Positions 47,820 through 60,376 of a DNA stretch of 64,000 nt are shown one piece after another. Position 1 is the stretch's first letter, and the number at the start of each line of letters is the position of its first letter. The DNA comes from Camelus ferus (lineage: Eukaryota). The stretch spans positions 68,326,001 through 68,390,000 of the forward strand of contig NC_045696.1 in assembly GCF_009834535.1 (NCBI RefSeq). The letters are read 5' to 3'. The notes under the pieces are model-generated. The model saw only the letters and a list, made by a program, of their open reading frames with translations. It did not search any database and was not told where the DNA came from. Made by a program: the position numbers and the translations under genes.

Positions 47820-48150
47820 AGGAAGTTCCAGTGCTGGGGGGTGAGTATGGAAGGAGCAGCCCATTCAACTGTCTGTAGGAGCGTAAACCATAGCAACCCT
47901 TTCGAAAGGGAATGAGGTTAATTCCTAGTAAGATTTTAAATGTGCTTTTTGGTGTGTGTTCAACAACCTAACCTCTAGGAATCCATCCTATAGGGCTCAA
48001 AGCCAGAGCACATCAGGATGTGTGGGCAGGGGTGTTTGCGGCAGCATTATTTATAAAAATAAACAGGTTAAATCATCATAAACGTCTGTCAACAGAAAAA
48101 TAGTAGAGAACTCGTGGTCTATCTAGTCTACGGACTAGACAGCATATGAG
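47820..48150 (+). mobile_element. Ancient L1 (L1ME-like) fragment
   Basis: 'acctctaggaatccatcctatagg...gggtgtttgcggcagcattatttataa...aaacgtctgtcaacag'. Confidence 0.6.
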
Positions 48151-50034
48151 GTATGGAGTTGGAAATTTTTTTACAACATTTTTTTAAATTAAAAAACAGA
48201 TCAATATGTAAGGCATAATTTCTCTTCTATAAATACGTGTGTGAGTGTACACGTATATATATATGTAGAGGGAGATATATTTGCTTTAACTTGGGAAGAT
48301 AGCTTGACTGATAAATGCTAACAGACTGAAGGAAGAAACTAAGTTCGTTACATAATTTTTTAAAAGAACTGCCCAAGGGTAATTTTTTACTTTGGGGGGC
48401 TTTTTAGAACTTTTCAAATATGAACTAACACCTGTCTTCTAAGGAAGGAGGGTCTGGGTAAACAGGAGGCACTTTTGTTCTATGATTCCTTACCATTACC
48501 TAAAGAAGACCAGCAGAGAGAATTTTCCATGCCTGGGGGCCGTCTGGAGGGCTGGATGGGGACTTGAGATGGGAGGGGAGGCAGGGAAAACCACTGAGAT
48601 GGCAGGAGGCGTGGGGCCGGGGCACCACACCAGGTAAAGCAGCCAGTAAAAACATCCTAGCAGGCCTCCTAGGAGAAGAATAATAGATTTACTTTGAAAT
48701 GATCTGAGTGGCTCTCATCTCCTTCCTCTGTGTCCAACCCTGGATACTCTTCAATGAAGTCAGCTTCACACATGCACACTCACATACAAAATTTTAAAAT
48801 AAATGTCCAGTGACAGAGATGACTTCCATCATCTCTAAGCTCCCTTCTGACTAAACCGTGGGGTGTTTCTGCACCTTTGTATTTACCTGTTCTCATCTGG
48901 ACCCACCTCCATTTCCCCTTTATCTCCAGGTAGTCCTGGGCACCTACTAAGACCCGGTTCATCCCTGAGGGGAGCCCCTGCCCTGCCACACATTCCCGCT
49001 TCTACCTGTGCTTTTCTTGGTCTAGGATCCCTCGACTTTCTCTGCCTGGTGGATCGAACTCAGCCTTTATGACTGTGGTCCAGTGTGCCCTTCCTGGAAA
49101 CCTCGCTCGTTCTCGAAACAGAATCAGTCACCTTCCGTGATCCTGACACACTCAGAGCACACCTTCCTTCTGTTATGTTGGGAAGAAAAGTTGCCCTTGT
49201 TCTCACCCTGAGGGCAGTGGATGTGTTTACTGATCTTTTCAGCCTCTAGCACAGTGCCCCACCCATTGCAGATGCTCAAAACTTGTTGCAAAAATCATGA
49301 ATATAAAAATTAATGAGTCCAGCTTTGATTTCAAAGTCCTTCCTGGCACTGAAATCTTTCTCCCTATAATGTGCACCCAGTGATCCAAGATTGATGGGAA
49401 CATTCTGCTCCAGACACCTCCTCCTCCACCCACAAACAGACCCCAGGATCACTCCACCAATTGGATGTTCCAGGCTGTGCTGGCCACCTGGAGGGTCCTC
49501 GAAGCCTGTTCAGATTCTCAATGATTGGTTTCCCCAGGCCCAGGGAGCCGTCTTACTGGGTCAGGGAGGGGCTGGGCCAGGCTGAGAGGTGGTAGCTGGA
49601 CCAGCGGAGGTGACGCCAACACAGGAAAAGGGTTTTTCTCAGCAGTAAGAGGCTGATTCTGCCCTGCAGCTGATGGCCTTTTAATAGCTTAATAATCATG
49701 TGAGAGTCCTTGGCCTGGCCTGGCCGGGCACTGAGAACTGGCAGTGCCAGGCCTGGCACAGGAGAGCCCCACCCAGGCTAATTGATCTGTTTCTATCCTC
49801 CGACAGGCCCTGGGCAGGAGTCAGCACATTTCCCTCTCTGTACAGATCTTCCCCGTGCCAGGCTCACAAAAGACACTTTCCTGAGCTGAGCAGTAGGCAC
49901 TGAGTTGTCTGTGACTCGTGTGTCCCCACACTCCTCCACTGCAGCCCTCTTCCTTCTTGTGTTTTTCTCTCACTCCCAACCTAGTTTAGATGTCTTCTCT
50001 GGACATCTGCATCTTTCTCTTTTTAGCATTTTAA

Positions 50035-50103
50035 CCTTCCTTCCCTCCTTCCTTCCCTCCCTTCCTTCCCTCCTTCCTTCCCTCCCTTGTTCCCTTCCTT
50101 TCC
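50035..50103. repeat. (CCTT/CCCT)n simple repeat
   Basis: ccttccttccctccttccttccctcccttccttccctccttccttccctccc. Confidence 0.9.
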
Positions 50104-53100
50104 ATGTTTATTTGTTCTCAGTCTCTCATTTCTCTCATTCCTGTACCCTCAGTCCAGAATTCTTCCATCTTCTGTCCATGAAGACTTCCTCCCACTCCCC
50201 CATCCCCATGCCACCTCATCCTTTATTACCATTTGACAAGCTTCTCCTTTGCTCTCCTGCCTATACTGCTGGACAGAAGTCAGATGGCTTTTTGTATTAT
50301 CTCCCCATCCTCCTCCTCTAAGCTTCTGAGCAAAGAGGCCACCCAGTCTTCCACTCGATCCAAAAGTGCTTCAGGTACCATCCCTGGTGCCTGTCTGTTG
50401 CCCAGATCCTGTCCCAGTGGCTAGGTTGACCAACACTGATGCACAGAGAACAGACCCAGGTTCCTGCCCAAAGCCAGTGAAGGTTGGTGCGGGGATGCCC
50501 TCGTGCTGAGACTAGCAACCCATAGTGTAGAAGTTGGCTTCTTGCTCTTTTACTCCATCCCCTAAGCCTGGAGAGGGTCCCTCTGTGTACTCCGGCTATC
50601 TGTGAGTGCTCATGGATGAGTTTATAGTCATAAAGATATAAGCCAGGAGATCCAGTGCAGCCAAGGCAGATCTGAACTTTCTCTGACCTTTTCTGATTCC
50701 TCATAAAGGATGAAATGGGGGCCACGGATAAGTATCACCACTCTGATGGGCTTCTAGGGCTCAATCTGGCTCCAGATGAAGTAGCTCATCTTCCATTAAT
50801 TTATTCAATGAACAACTGAGCAGCTTATCTGGCCTTGGAAACAGGAATACAAAGATGCTCCCAGTTCTCAAAGAGCTTATGACTTAACAGAGAAGAATGA
50901 TCTACAACAGGGAAATTAGAAAAGCTTGAGGTAATTGTTAAGGAAAAGTATGGACCAGGTGTTAGAATATAGACTGACTGGCAGATGGGAAGATACACAA
51001 GAAGGAGGTAGCTCTTAATTTTTGCAAAAAAAAAAAAAAAAAAAAAGGAAAACCATTTTCGTGTGTGCAAGGTGATCGGGGGGTTAGTATTAGTTACAAT
51101 GGAGAAGAATAAAAATTTGGGGGGGAAGTATGAAAAAATGAGTGAAGCCCTAACAAAAACTCATGGTCAAAGGTTTCATCCACTCCCCACCCTGATAAAA
51201 CTCTACAGATATTTTAATTTGAAGTGGCTACATGTTGATCAACCCCTAAGCCCTGATTCTGGCTTAGACATCCCAAAGCCAGAGAAAGGAAGACATAGAA
51301 AAAAGAGAATTTAGAGCCAATAGGTTGAGTCGTAGCTGTCTTTAACATGCCACTTTGAGCAAATTCCTTCTCCTTTAGCTATTAATAATTGCCAAAGTCC
51401 CATCAGATTTAAATGTGATTCTCAGACTGGTGGCGATCTGGTGGGTTCTTCTGTGCCCCTGCCAAGTGCGACTTCTGTGTCCTCCATGTCAGTCCTGTAT
51501 CCTACAGCCACAGTCTTTGGGGGAGGGAAGTATGGGGGTATGTTTTCATACATCTTATAAATGAGGAATAGAAAAATATTTGAGTCCTATACCTTACGTC
51601 CCAGTCTGTCATTCACCACATCGTTCCAAGAAAGTGGATACAAAGTGGCCGAAAAAGACTTGAGTTTTAAAAGGGAAAAAAAAAAAGGCATAAAGCAAGA
51701 AGATAACCCAGTGTAGCCCCAAATTTTAAGGATGGAGAAAATGAGGCCCAGAAAAGAGCAGGTGGCTTGGCCAAGTTTACAGAGCAAGTTAGTGACACGG
51801 TGGGGACTCAGCATCCTGTGGGGCCAGCGGCCAGCGCTCGCGATCACACCAAACATTCCCAGTCTCCACCGCAGTTCCTCACGGGCTCCTTGGTCAGTCT
51901 GCCTTCCCAGCCTGACAGCGAATGCCAACAGCGAGACTCCATCCTTGACTGAGACATCCCATGTCCTGGAGAGCGCGCCCAGGGCCACTGCAAAATGTGC
52001 ACTAGTGACTTCACAAGAGCTACCACTCCTCTTCAGGGCAGACCACTGAGGCTTTCTCCAACAGGCAGGTGTCCCCTGGGCAAAGGTCAACAGTGCTGTG
52101 TGCAGGTGGGCTTCTGGGGGCAGATCTGCCTCCAGTCCTCTTCTCATGCATGCAGAGGCTGGGGGTGGCACAAGGAAGAAGAGAGAGCGCCCCCTGTTTG
52201 TGTGCTAGAGGACACACCATCCTCAATTTTAAGCAGGACAATATGCACAGAAACATGGTTCTCCCTCCTCACCCTCATGGAACAAAACTGGTGCTGTAGT
52301 CATTGAAATAACATGACTGAGATCAGAAAGGGCGAGTGGAAGTCATCATTGTGGACACTTACATAAATAATAATTTCCCAAGGGGAACTGTGAACTCTCC
52401 TTGTCTCTTCTATTTTTAAATGCTAATTGCTTCTGATTTTGTTTATGTAGGCGGAGCTCATAAAAACATTTGCTTCCTAACCATTGAACTTAATGTATCT
52501 GTTTTTGGACCCTTGTGATTTATTTTTGCACACATGCTCCAAATTGGTGCTAATTACTTTGAAGGATCAGGGTTTCTATTCCAAGAGGAATGACGACAGA
52601 ATGTCAATTTGCAGTTTCTGAGCATAATGTCCCAATTATCAATGCATTCCAGATCAGAATGGACTTGGCACCTTCTTACAGGGATTTGGCTGCACTTTTA
52701 TCAGCCAGTCCCTGGACGTAGCTTCATTAAAACTTGCTTTCTAGTAACTTGTGGGTGTGCCTATACTTTCCTCCGTCTCAAAGGCCCTTTGGTGTCCTAT
52801 CATTTCCCAAATACCTACCTTTCTGTGTCCAGGTTGAATACTTCTTTCTCAGAGGCTTCTCTGATCCCTTTGGCTAAAGATAAATTTTTACTGCTTATGA
52901 AAGTCCCAGAGTACTTTACTGACCCCTTCCTGAAAGGACTTAGCACTTTCTACATTGTATTAAAATTATTTTTCCACCTTTTATCTCCTTCCTGCAGTGT
53001 AAGCCCCTCAGTAACAATACCATATATCTGAGTTCTCTTTGCGCCCCCTGACTACACATTGAGACTTTGCCTGGTGCTCAGTGCTTAATAGGTACTTTGT

Positions 53101-53670
53101 GCACTGGTTTAATTGAAGGGTTTTTTTTTTTTCTAACATGCTACCTACTCAAGAAAGGTTTTAAGCTAGGTTTAAGTAAATATTTACGCAACAAAGGAAT
53201 GCCTGCATCTATACACACACAAATAACATGATTAAGTCTGTAGTGAGTTATAAGAAGTATATCCAGATAATCCAACATTTAACTATCACACCCAGAAGAA
53301 AACAAACCACTATGCTGTGGGGGGTGGGGGTGGTTGGCGAGTAGTGACAAAGGATTTAAAACTTGACCATTACCACCAAAGGGACCAAAACTTCTGGTAT
53401 GGTATTTGCTCAACACACATGCTTAGATGAACCCAACAGATGAAAACCATTTCACAAGGGCTCACTGACCACATAAAATGAATGTGGAGCATATTGTGAC
53501 CAAAGAGATACGGCCACAGAGGGAAGAGGGGAAACAAGTCCATCCTAATTTGTTCATTTACCATTCACTTGTTCGTCCAACAAACTTACGGAGAAGCCTC
53601 TGTGTCAAGCACTGTGTCTGCACTGTGGAGGCAGAGGTGACTAAGGACATACTAGGTTAGCTGTTTAGAT

Positions 53671-53895
53671 GAGGGATCAGCAAACTAGCCCAATGGGCCA
53701 AGTCTGGCTCACCGTCTGTTTTTATGAATAAGGTCTTACTGGAAGGCAGCCACGCCGTTCATTGTGTGGTGTCTGCGTCTGCTTCTCCTCTCCAGCTGCT
53801 GAGGTGGCAGCTCTGACAGAGCCATGTACCCTACAGAGACAAAAATATTTATCATCTGTAGCCTGTCCCTTTACAGAGAAAGCCTGTTCACCTGG
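53671..53895. mobile_element. MER58A-like hAT-Charlie element
   Basis: 'gggatcagcaaactagcccaatgggccaagtctggc...tgtttttatgaataaggtcttactggaa...aaaatatttatcatctg...ccctttacagagaaag'. Confidence 0.85.
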
Positions 53896-53935
53896 TTTGT
53901 ACCCTAGTTTAAAAGTCATTAAAATACGCTGGAGT

Positions 53936-54050
53936 GGGGAGGGTACAGCTTAGTGGTAGAGCTCATGCTTAGCATGCATGAGGTCCTGGGTCCTATCCCC
54001 AGCACCTCTGTTAAAAAATAATAATAATAATAATTTTTTTTAAATAAAAT
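53936..54050 (+). mobile_element. Camelid tRNA-Ala-derived SINE (Vic-1 type)
   Basis: ggggagggtacagcttagtggtagagctcatgcttagcatgcatgaggtcctgggtcc plus an (aat)n tail. TSD taaaatacgctggag / taaaacacactggag. Confidence 0.9.
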
Positions 54051-54249
54051 AAAACACACTGGAGAGGAAGGAGAGGGCTCCCCAGGAGACCTAACACAGA
54101 CTTGGAAAGCCAAGGAAGGCCACGTGGACTGGGACTGTGGGACAGAGATCATGTGAGTCTTGCTCACTGCTGTAACACAAGTGCCTGTATGGTGCCTGGC
54201 ACATAGTACGTGGCTTAGTAGATCTTTATGAAATGAACGCACAAAAGAG

Positions 54250-55508
54250 GCTAGTTCCAGGTAAGAGGGAGAGGATGATAGGAGTAATCCAGGAGGAGCA
54301 TGGAGGGATGGGCAGAGAAGGAGTACAGAACGTGCCACGACCCTGAGCCAAGAGAGAGCCGGGTACCGTGGAGAGCGGATGTGGGTCAGCTGGTGGGTGT
54401 GTGCAGTTTGGGAGTGGGGTTGGGAAGTAAGAAGGAAACAAGGTTAGAAGGTCAGGAGTCAGACTAGGCAGGGCTGCTTAAGCCTCACTGTGGAGTTAGG
54501 TCTTGCTTCTGGAGGCCACAGAAAGCCATTGATAAGTTGGAAGCAGGGCAAGAACAAGGTCAGGGTGTTGCTTCAGAAAGGCCGCTTTGGCTGCATAATT
54601 GGAAGGAGGGTAAGCCCAGTGCATAGCTGGCTGAGAGCCGTGGCAGAACCCCGGGGGCCTGCACTAAGTTAGTGACACTGGTGATAAGGATCAGTGGACT
54701 GATCTGCGAGATATTTGGGAAGGAGAGTTAATAGGATTTGGTGATGGAGAGTTGGAGGAATGAGGAGTCAGAGAGAGAGACAGAAGTTAAAGATGATGGC
54801 AAGATTTCTACCTTGAAAAACTGGGTGGAAAGTAGGGCCCTTTGCTAAGATGGGGAACACATGAGAATAAAAAGTCAAGAGGAAGGGAAAATATTGGCTT
54901 AATTTGGGACATGCTGAATGCGAGATATATATGAGCTATGAGATGTCCACAAGGAAGTCAAATATGTGGGTCTGAAACTCGGGTGGGTCATCTAGTCTAA
55001 AGATCATAAATTAGGAGTCCTTAGAATCTAAAGACTAATGAAAGCCATTAGAGTAGATAACATTTCCTAGGGACAGTATGTAGGGTGAGAAAAGAAGAGT
55101 CAAGGAAAAAATTTCAAAACCCCGAGGAATGCCGACATTTACAAGAGGAACAGAGCTCCCGCAAGTCCTTAAAGGAGCCTGAGAAAGCGTCCAGGAAGAT
55201 AGAAGACAGCCAGCACAGTTTTGTGTCACTGAACCAAGGGACAGGATCTAGCAAGGGCAAGAGTTTCCAATAATGAAGACACGTCTACTGCAATGAAGAC
55301 TGAAGCAGAGACAGAGCCGGGACAAACTGGCTCCAGCCCGTCAGGACGGCAGGTCCTGGAGAAGGAGGAGAGCGGAAGCCAGGCTGTAGTGAGCAGAACC
55401 TCCTCCGGGAGGCGAGGAGCTGCAGACGGCGCAGGCGCAGACGGAGTACGAAGGCCTTTGGTAGGTAAGATGGCTGCTGAGGGAGGCTTTGTTTCTTTCC
55501 TTTCTTTG

Positions 55509-55543
<35 letters not shown>

Positions 55544-55590
55544 TTTGGAGATATTTGATCGTGCTTGAACATTAACTGGGAGGAAGCAAT
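54250..55590 (-). mobile_element. Long L2 LINE fragment
   Basis: Continuous antisense L2 motifs, e.g. 'gagatatttgggaaggagagttaataggatttggtgatgg', 'tttgggacatgctgaatgcgagat', 'atatgtgggtctgaaactc'. Confidence 0.75.
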
Positions 55591-56544
55591 GGTTTCATTT
55601 TAATAAATCACTTGAAATCACAGAAAACTTGACTTCTGCAGATGAATTCACAAGTTATATACCATTCGAAAAAAAGAAAATCCAGTAACCCAATGTGTTC
55701 TCTTTTTGTACTTCATTTCCAGGAAGCTTAGAATCAAGTTCAGTTCCCCCTAGATGTCTGAAGTATTTACTGACACTTCCTTCACCTGCTTTCTGTTCTG
55801 TTTTGTATCTCAATATCTTAGTTTTAAAGAGTAATTATTATGAGCCGCTTACAAGGCACTTTCACACATGATACGTCACAGCATCCATCCTCCATTCCGC
55901 ATAGATTTAATGAGTGCCCCAGGGTGGCCGTACACTTTGTTCCATGTAGCAGGCACAACGGTGAGTAAAACAACACCGTGACTTCTCCTACGGCCCCTTT
56001 GAGGAGATCGACGTTAACTGAGTTAGTGCAGTAATAATTACTACTGTGGTTAAGTGTAGCAAAGGAAAGTACTGGAAACTCGGAGACTCTGAAGGGTCAG
56101 GAAGAGTGTCTGAAGCATGAGCAGAGACTCGGAGACAGGCCAGAGTAACCTGTGGTCAGAATGAGACCTCCTCTATGGCAAGTGCTCATCCAGGACACTG
56201 GCAGTGATGGAAACCAGTGCTGCATTTTGAGACAGTACTGACAGTCAAAATGGAGCAGAATCTGGCTCATGTAACCTCTTCCCAGAGGCCTATTCCCTGA
56301 GCTCACACAGATAAGTTTAACTTCTCTCTAGTATGGCCCTTCCCAGCTGGAAGATGGCAGCAGAAAGCCCCCAGGTACAAGTCCTTATAGATAGACCTGT
56401 TCTCTCACAATTAAAACCAGGCTTTCCAATTTTTCTTTTTTTCTGTTTACAGATGATGTCATTTTTATAGAGACTTCTAATTATTTGCAAATATTCATCT
56501 TTAGCTTCTTCTATAGCAATACAACTCCTTGCTCCCATACATGG

Positions 56545-57215
56545 AATTGTCAGCTAGATATCAGGCTATCCAGCTAACAATTCTATTTATGGGAGTAAGG
56601 AGTTGTAAAAAAGGCCACATTTCCCAGCTTCTCTTGCAGCTAGATACGGCAGATTACAAGTGAATTTTTGACAATTAACTCCTATGGAAAAAAAAAAAAA
56701 AGCCTTGATTTGTAGCATTTGCCGGCTTCTGTGGGTTTGGTTCTCCCATGGCTGATTTCAAGCTGCCGGCATGACTCACTGGATTTAGAGTTGGGAGGAA
56801 ACGCACACAGTGGGCCTTCACCTGCCCGGGGACTGGGCTCTGGCATACCCCTGACCAGGTCGGCCAGCATAGGTAGTTCTCAGTGGGATGTGGGTGTGTG
56901 TGCACAACTGCCCACATGTGCTATCATGAAAGTAGGGGACCGCCAAGTCCCCTTTTCCTCCTTCCAGTGGTCTGGAATACAGACATGGTGGGTGGAGGAC
57001 CAGCTTCTACCATGTAGAAACATTCTAGAGATGGCAGAACAACAAGAGCCTGGCTTCCACGTATTTTAGAGCTACCTTACTAGGCCCAGATTTTCTTGTG
57101 GGTTTTTTTTTTTTTTTTTTTTTTTAATGTGAAAAAGAAAGAAATGTCTAAGTTGTTTCAGCCATTACCATTTTGGCTGTCTGGTAGAGCAGGTGAAACT
57201 GTATCCCAGCTGATA
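56545..57215 (+). mobile_element. ERVL LTR16-like solo LTR interrupted by MER63
   Basis: 'ccacatttcccagcttctcttgcagctagat' [insert] '...taagttgtttcagccattaccattttggctgtctgg...agctgata'. Confidence 0.6.
56655..56853 (-). mobile_element. MER63-like hAT-Blackjack element
   Basis: Reverse complement 'ctcccaactct...cagtga...gcagcttgaaatcagccatgg...ggcaaatgctacaaatcaaggcttttt'. Confidence 0.75.
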
Positions 57216-57377
57216 GGGTCATCCATTACAGCACGGCAACCAGACCACCACTCCAACATCAGGCAAAATGCCGCTGCTTACAAGGCATAGTGTGAGCAGG
57301 TGAGTCAGACACACTCCCTGCCCCAGGGAGCCCAGCCCAGGGCAAAAGATATCACCTACTTACATTGCTATGAGGCA

Positions 57378-57389
57378 AGGTCAAGGTCA
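57378..57389 (+). promoter_or_regulatory. Perfect nuclear-receptor DR0 element
   Basis: AGGTCAAGGTCA, which contains TCAAGGTCA. Confidence 0.4.
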
Positions 57390-59464
57390 GAGTGCTCTAA
57401 AGCAGTGCAGATGGCCGACCACACAGATTTATAGGAGGGGGTGATGGGGGATGGTGGTGGTGGTGGTGGTGATGAATGAGGAAATATTTTAACTCAGCCT
57501 TCAAAGATAGTTATAATTGTGACAAGTAGAAAGGAACAAGAAAGCATTTCCAGCAGAGGGACTGCACTTTTCATTCAGATTTTAGATTCCAATCATTCTG
57601 AAAATGTGATCCTTCAGAAAATCTCTAGACTGTTATTTTTCCTTCCGTAACAGAACAAATTAATATTGTAAAACTATGACAAAAATGTTTCAAATATTTA
57701 AGAGAACCGATTGTTTTCCGAGTCTCTGATCCCCCCATTTACAAAGAGCCCTTGATTTGTTCATTTCAAAGCATTCTGATGGATTAATTAAAGCATTCCT
57801 CTAAGTGCTTTCCTAAGCAGATCTTTCTGGGCTTATTTTGAATTACGAAAGGTGCATGGAGATGCTAAAACTTCATTCCTTTAAAAAAAAGTCTGTAATA
57901 CAAACTGTTCACCAATGCAAACAGGCCTCTTTCCCAACTAGTTTTCTTTAAGGGGAGAAATAATGTCTTATGTTTCCTTTTTATTTCTTTGTAGTGCCCA
58001 GTACATCAGTGAGCACAGGAGAAGCTCTCAGTAAATATGTATTAATCCAAATGCAAATCACCGAATTTGAGATTATGAAGGAGAATGCTGGGATTGTAGG
58101 GTGAGGAAGGGACTGCACAGATGGCCTGGGGATGTAAAGTAAAAGTCTGGCACATGCACTGCGAAGTCTTAGGAACGAGCCTCCAAGATCCCCAGCAGAT
58201 GTTAGCAGCAAAGCCCATCTCTTCTTCCCTTCCTTTCACAAATCAGAAGGTAGAGGCCCTAAAGGACAATGACCTTGTTGAAGGTGACAAAGCCACTGAG
58301 TCCCAGAGCTGGGTCTAGTTTTCTAGTGCCTTTCTGAGCTGGCTGATCCTTGTTTTGAAGTTTGTTTCCCCAAATTCCTGTTACCATAAACATAATAAAA
58401 AGAATCTTATGCATTTTTTAACATTCAGATTCACACTGTGTTTCTTCGTCAGAAAATTAATGCATGGATGCATATAAAGTACTGGGGAAAAAGTCACATA
58501 CTGAAATTCCAAGGCTTGAAAATGTGACTCCTTCCTGTGAAGGAACAAAAGCATTGAAATTGGAGGGTTTTCCCAACCTATCAGGACATGTAGGTATTAT
58601 CTGCTTAGCTTTTCTCCCTCTCTGCGGAGTGAGGGTGTACAAGCCAGGCGGGCAGATTCCCCAAGGAAAACAGTCAGAGCAGAAGAAATATAATCCCTGT
58701 GGGGCTGCGTGAGGATAGAATGTAAGACAGAGAGAAAACAGGTCAAGGAACCATAGGTGGTTCAGGTCAGGACGGTGTGAATGGGGGCCAATTCTCCTCA
58801 GGTGCTCAGGAAACAGAGAAGACCTGAGTTCTTAACAGGAGCAGCTATAAATGCTACAGTTCAGCCACTTTAACATAACAGAGACAAAGTGCAATTATAA
58901 GGAAAACTTGTGATGGAGGAAGCAACATGCTGGACTGAGAATCAAGTTCTGGTCCAAACTCAGTAACTTTTGTGTCACTTGGACATTTTCTCTCCCTCCT
59001 GAGTCTCAGTTTCTTCACGGACAAAGTGGGATCTCATCCGTGTTTAGTGCCCTGTGCCTCTTTCGTATGTTAAGCTGACAGTACTTACATTTCTGAGAGA
59101 ATTTCAACTTTTCTGATTGCAATATACTCTACCGTTAACTTCTGTAGAGTCCTGAGAATTATTTTCTTTTGCTTCTTTCATCATTTAACAATTGGCTAAA
59201 TTATTCAGCTCACAACCCATTTAATGATTCAAGTCATAGAAGAACCAAGTGATACGGAATGTTACCTAATTTTCCAAAGTTGGAAGAGGAAATTGCCTAT
59301 ATACTTATCAAAGATAAAAGGTATTTGTGTTACTCCAGAGAGGTAGAGACAGTCACATAACTTTAGACTGAGTTTAAATTTTCTTGAACTCTCTCCCATA
59401 GTTCAAGCCTTTAAAGATAAGTTATCCCAAAATTTGGTCCAGAGATTTCTCTTTATTTTGGGCC

Positions 59465-60175
59465 AACAGTATAGACTATTATGGTCCAAGCCACAATCAT
59501 TTTAGGCTTAAACTCTTGGAATAGTCTGCTTATCCATCTCCCTTCTTCTCACCATTCCCACCTCCCATGTCTATTCCCCACATAGCAGCCAGAGTGTTCC
59601 ATTTGAAACCTAAATCAGATTGTGTGACACTTCTGCTCAAAAAGCTCCAGTGATTTCTGGCCTCACTAAGAGTCAGAGCCATAATCCCATTCAGGCCCTG
59701 AGAGACCCGATGGGCTCCCTTGCTGCCTGTCAGACCTTGAATCTACTCCTTTGTAGGAGGAACAAACTTTGCTCCAGCAGGAACTTTGCTCCAGCTGCAC
59801 TGGCCTCCTTGCTGTTCCCAGGACACTGAGCATCCTCCCATCCCTAAGACCCCTTCAAATGATGTTTTCTTCATCAGAAGCACTCCTCCTGCCAACGACG
59901 ACAGGGCGCACTCCTTCCTCCAGACCTTGGCTCAAATATCACCTCTGCTATAGTACATCCAAGCTCCTTATCTTCCACCCCCTAAGGAAATCTGCATAGC
60001 ATGTAGCGCCCCGTTATACTTCCCATCCGTGTCTTTTTTGTCTGTTTCTTCACACTAGAACAGGAGCTCTGTGAGTCCAGAGATTTTGTCTGTTGTGTTC
60101 ATCCACTCATATCTCTAGGGCTTACACGTATGTGTAGCATATCACAGGCATGCAATAAATGTTTATTAAATAAAT
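59465..60175 (+). mobile_element. L2 LINE 3' region
   Basis: 'gcagccagagtg...cctaaatcagattgtgtgacacttctgctcaaaa...gcactggcctccttgctgttcc...ggcatgcaataaatgtttattaaataaat'. Confidence 0.85.
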
Positions 60176-60267
60176 ATTCAGAGCAAGTAGCTTGTAATAT
60201 GTTTTTTGCATACTGACTTATTTTATTTTATTGGGCAATGTGTACAGAATAATTTGAATTAGGAAAT

Positions 60268-60376
60268 TGTTTTTTTCCCCCTCAGGTATGAAAACGATGA
60301 TGACAAAAAGATGTCAAAAGTCCCTCTGAGATCACTGCCAAGCATGGCAAATTTCAGGGCACTGCAGAAGGGCTGA
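60268..60376 (+). other. Strong 3' splice site (AG|GT type) followed by a short open frame
   Basis: tgtttttttccccctcag|GTATGA. The phase-2 frame reads YENDDDKKMSKVPLRSLPSMANFRALQKG* (stop 60374-60376). Confidence 0.3.

Noticed and set aside
51587..52171. 194-aa minus-strand ORF
   Set aside because: Runs through a MIR (LLCKLGQATCSFLGLIFSILKI is MIR translation) and has no homology I recognise.
58565..58574. NF-kB site GGGTTTTCCC
   Set aside because: Single isolated 10-mer with little supporting context.
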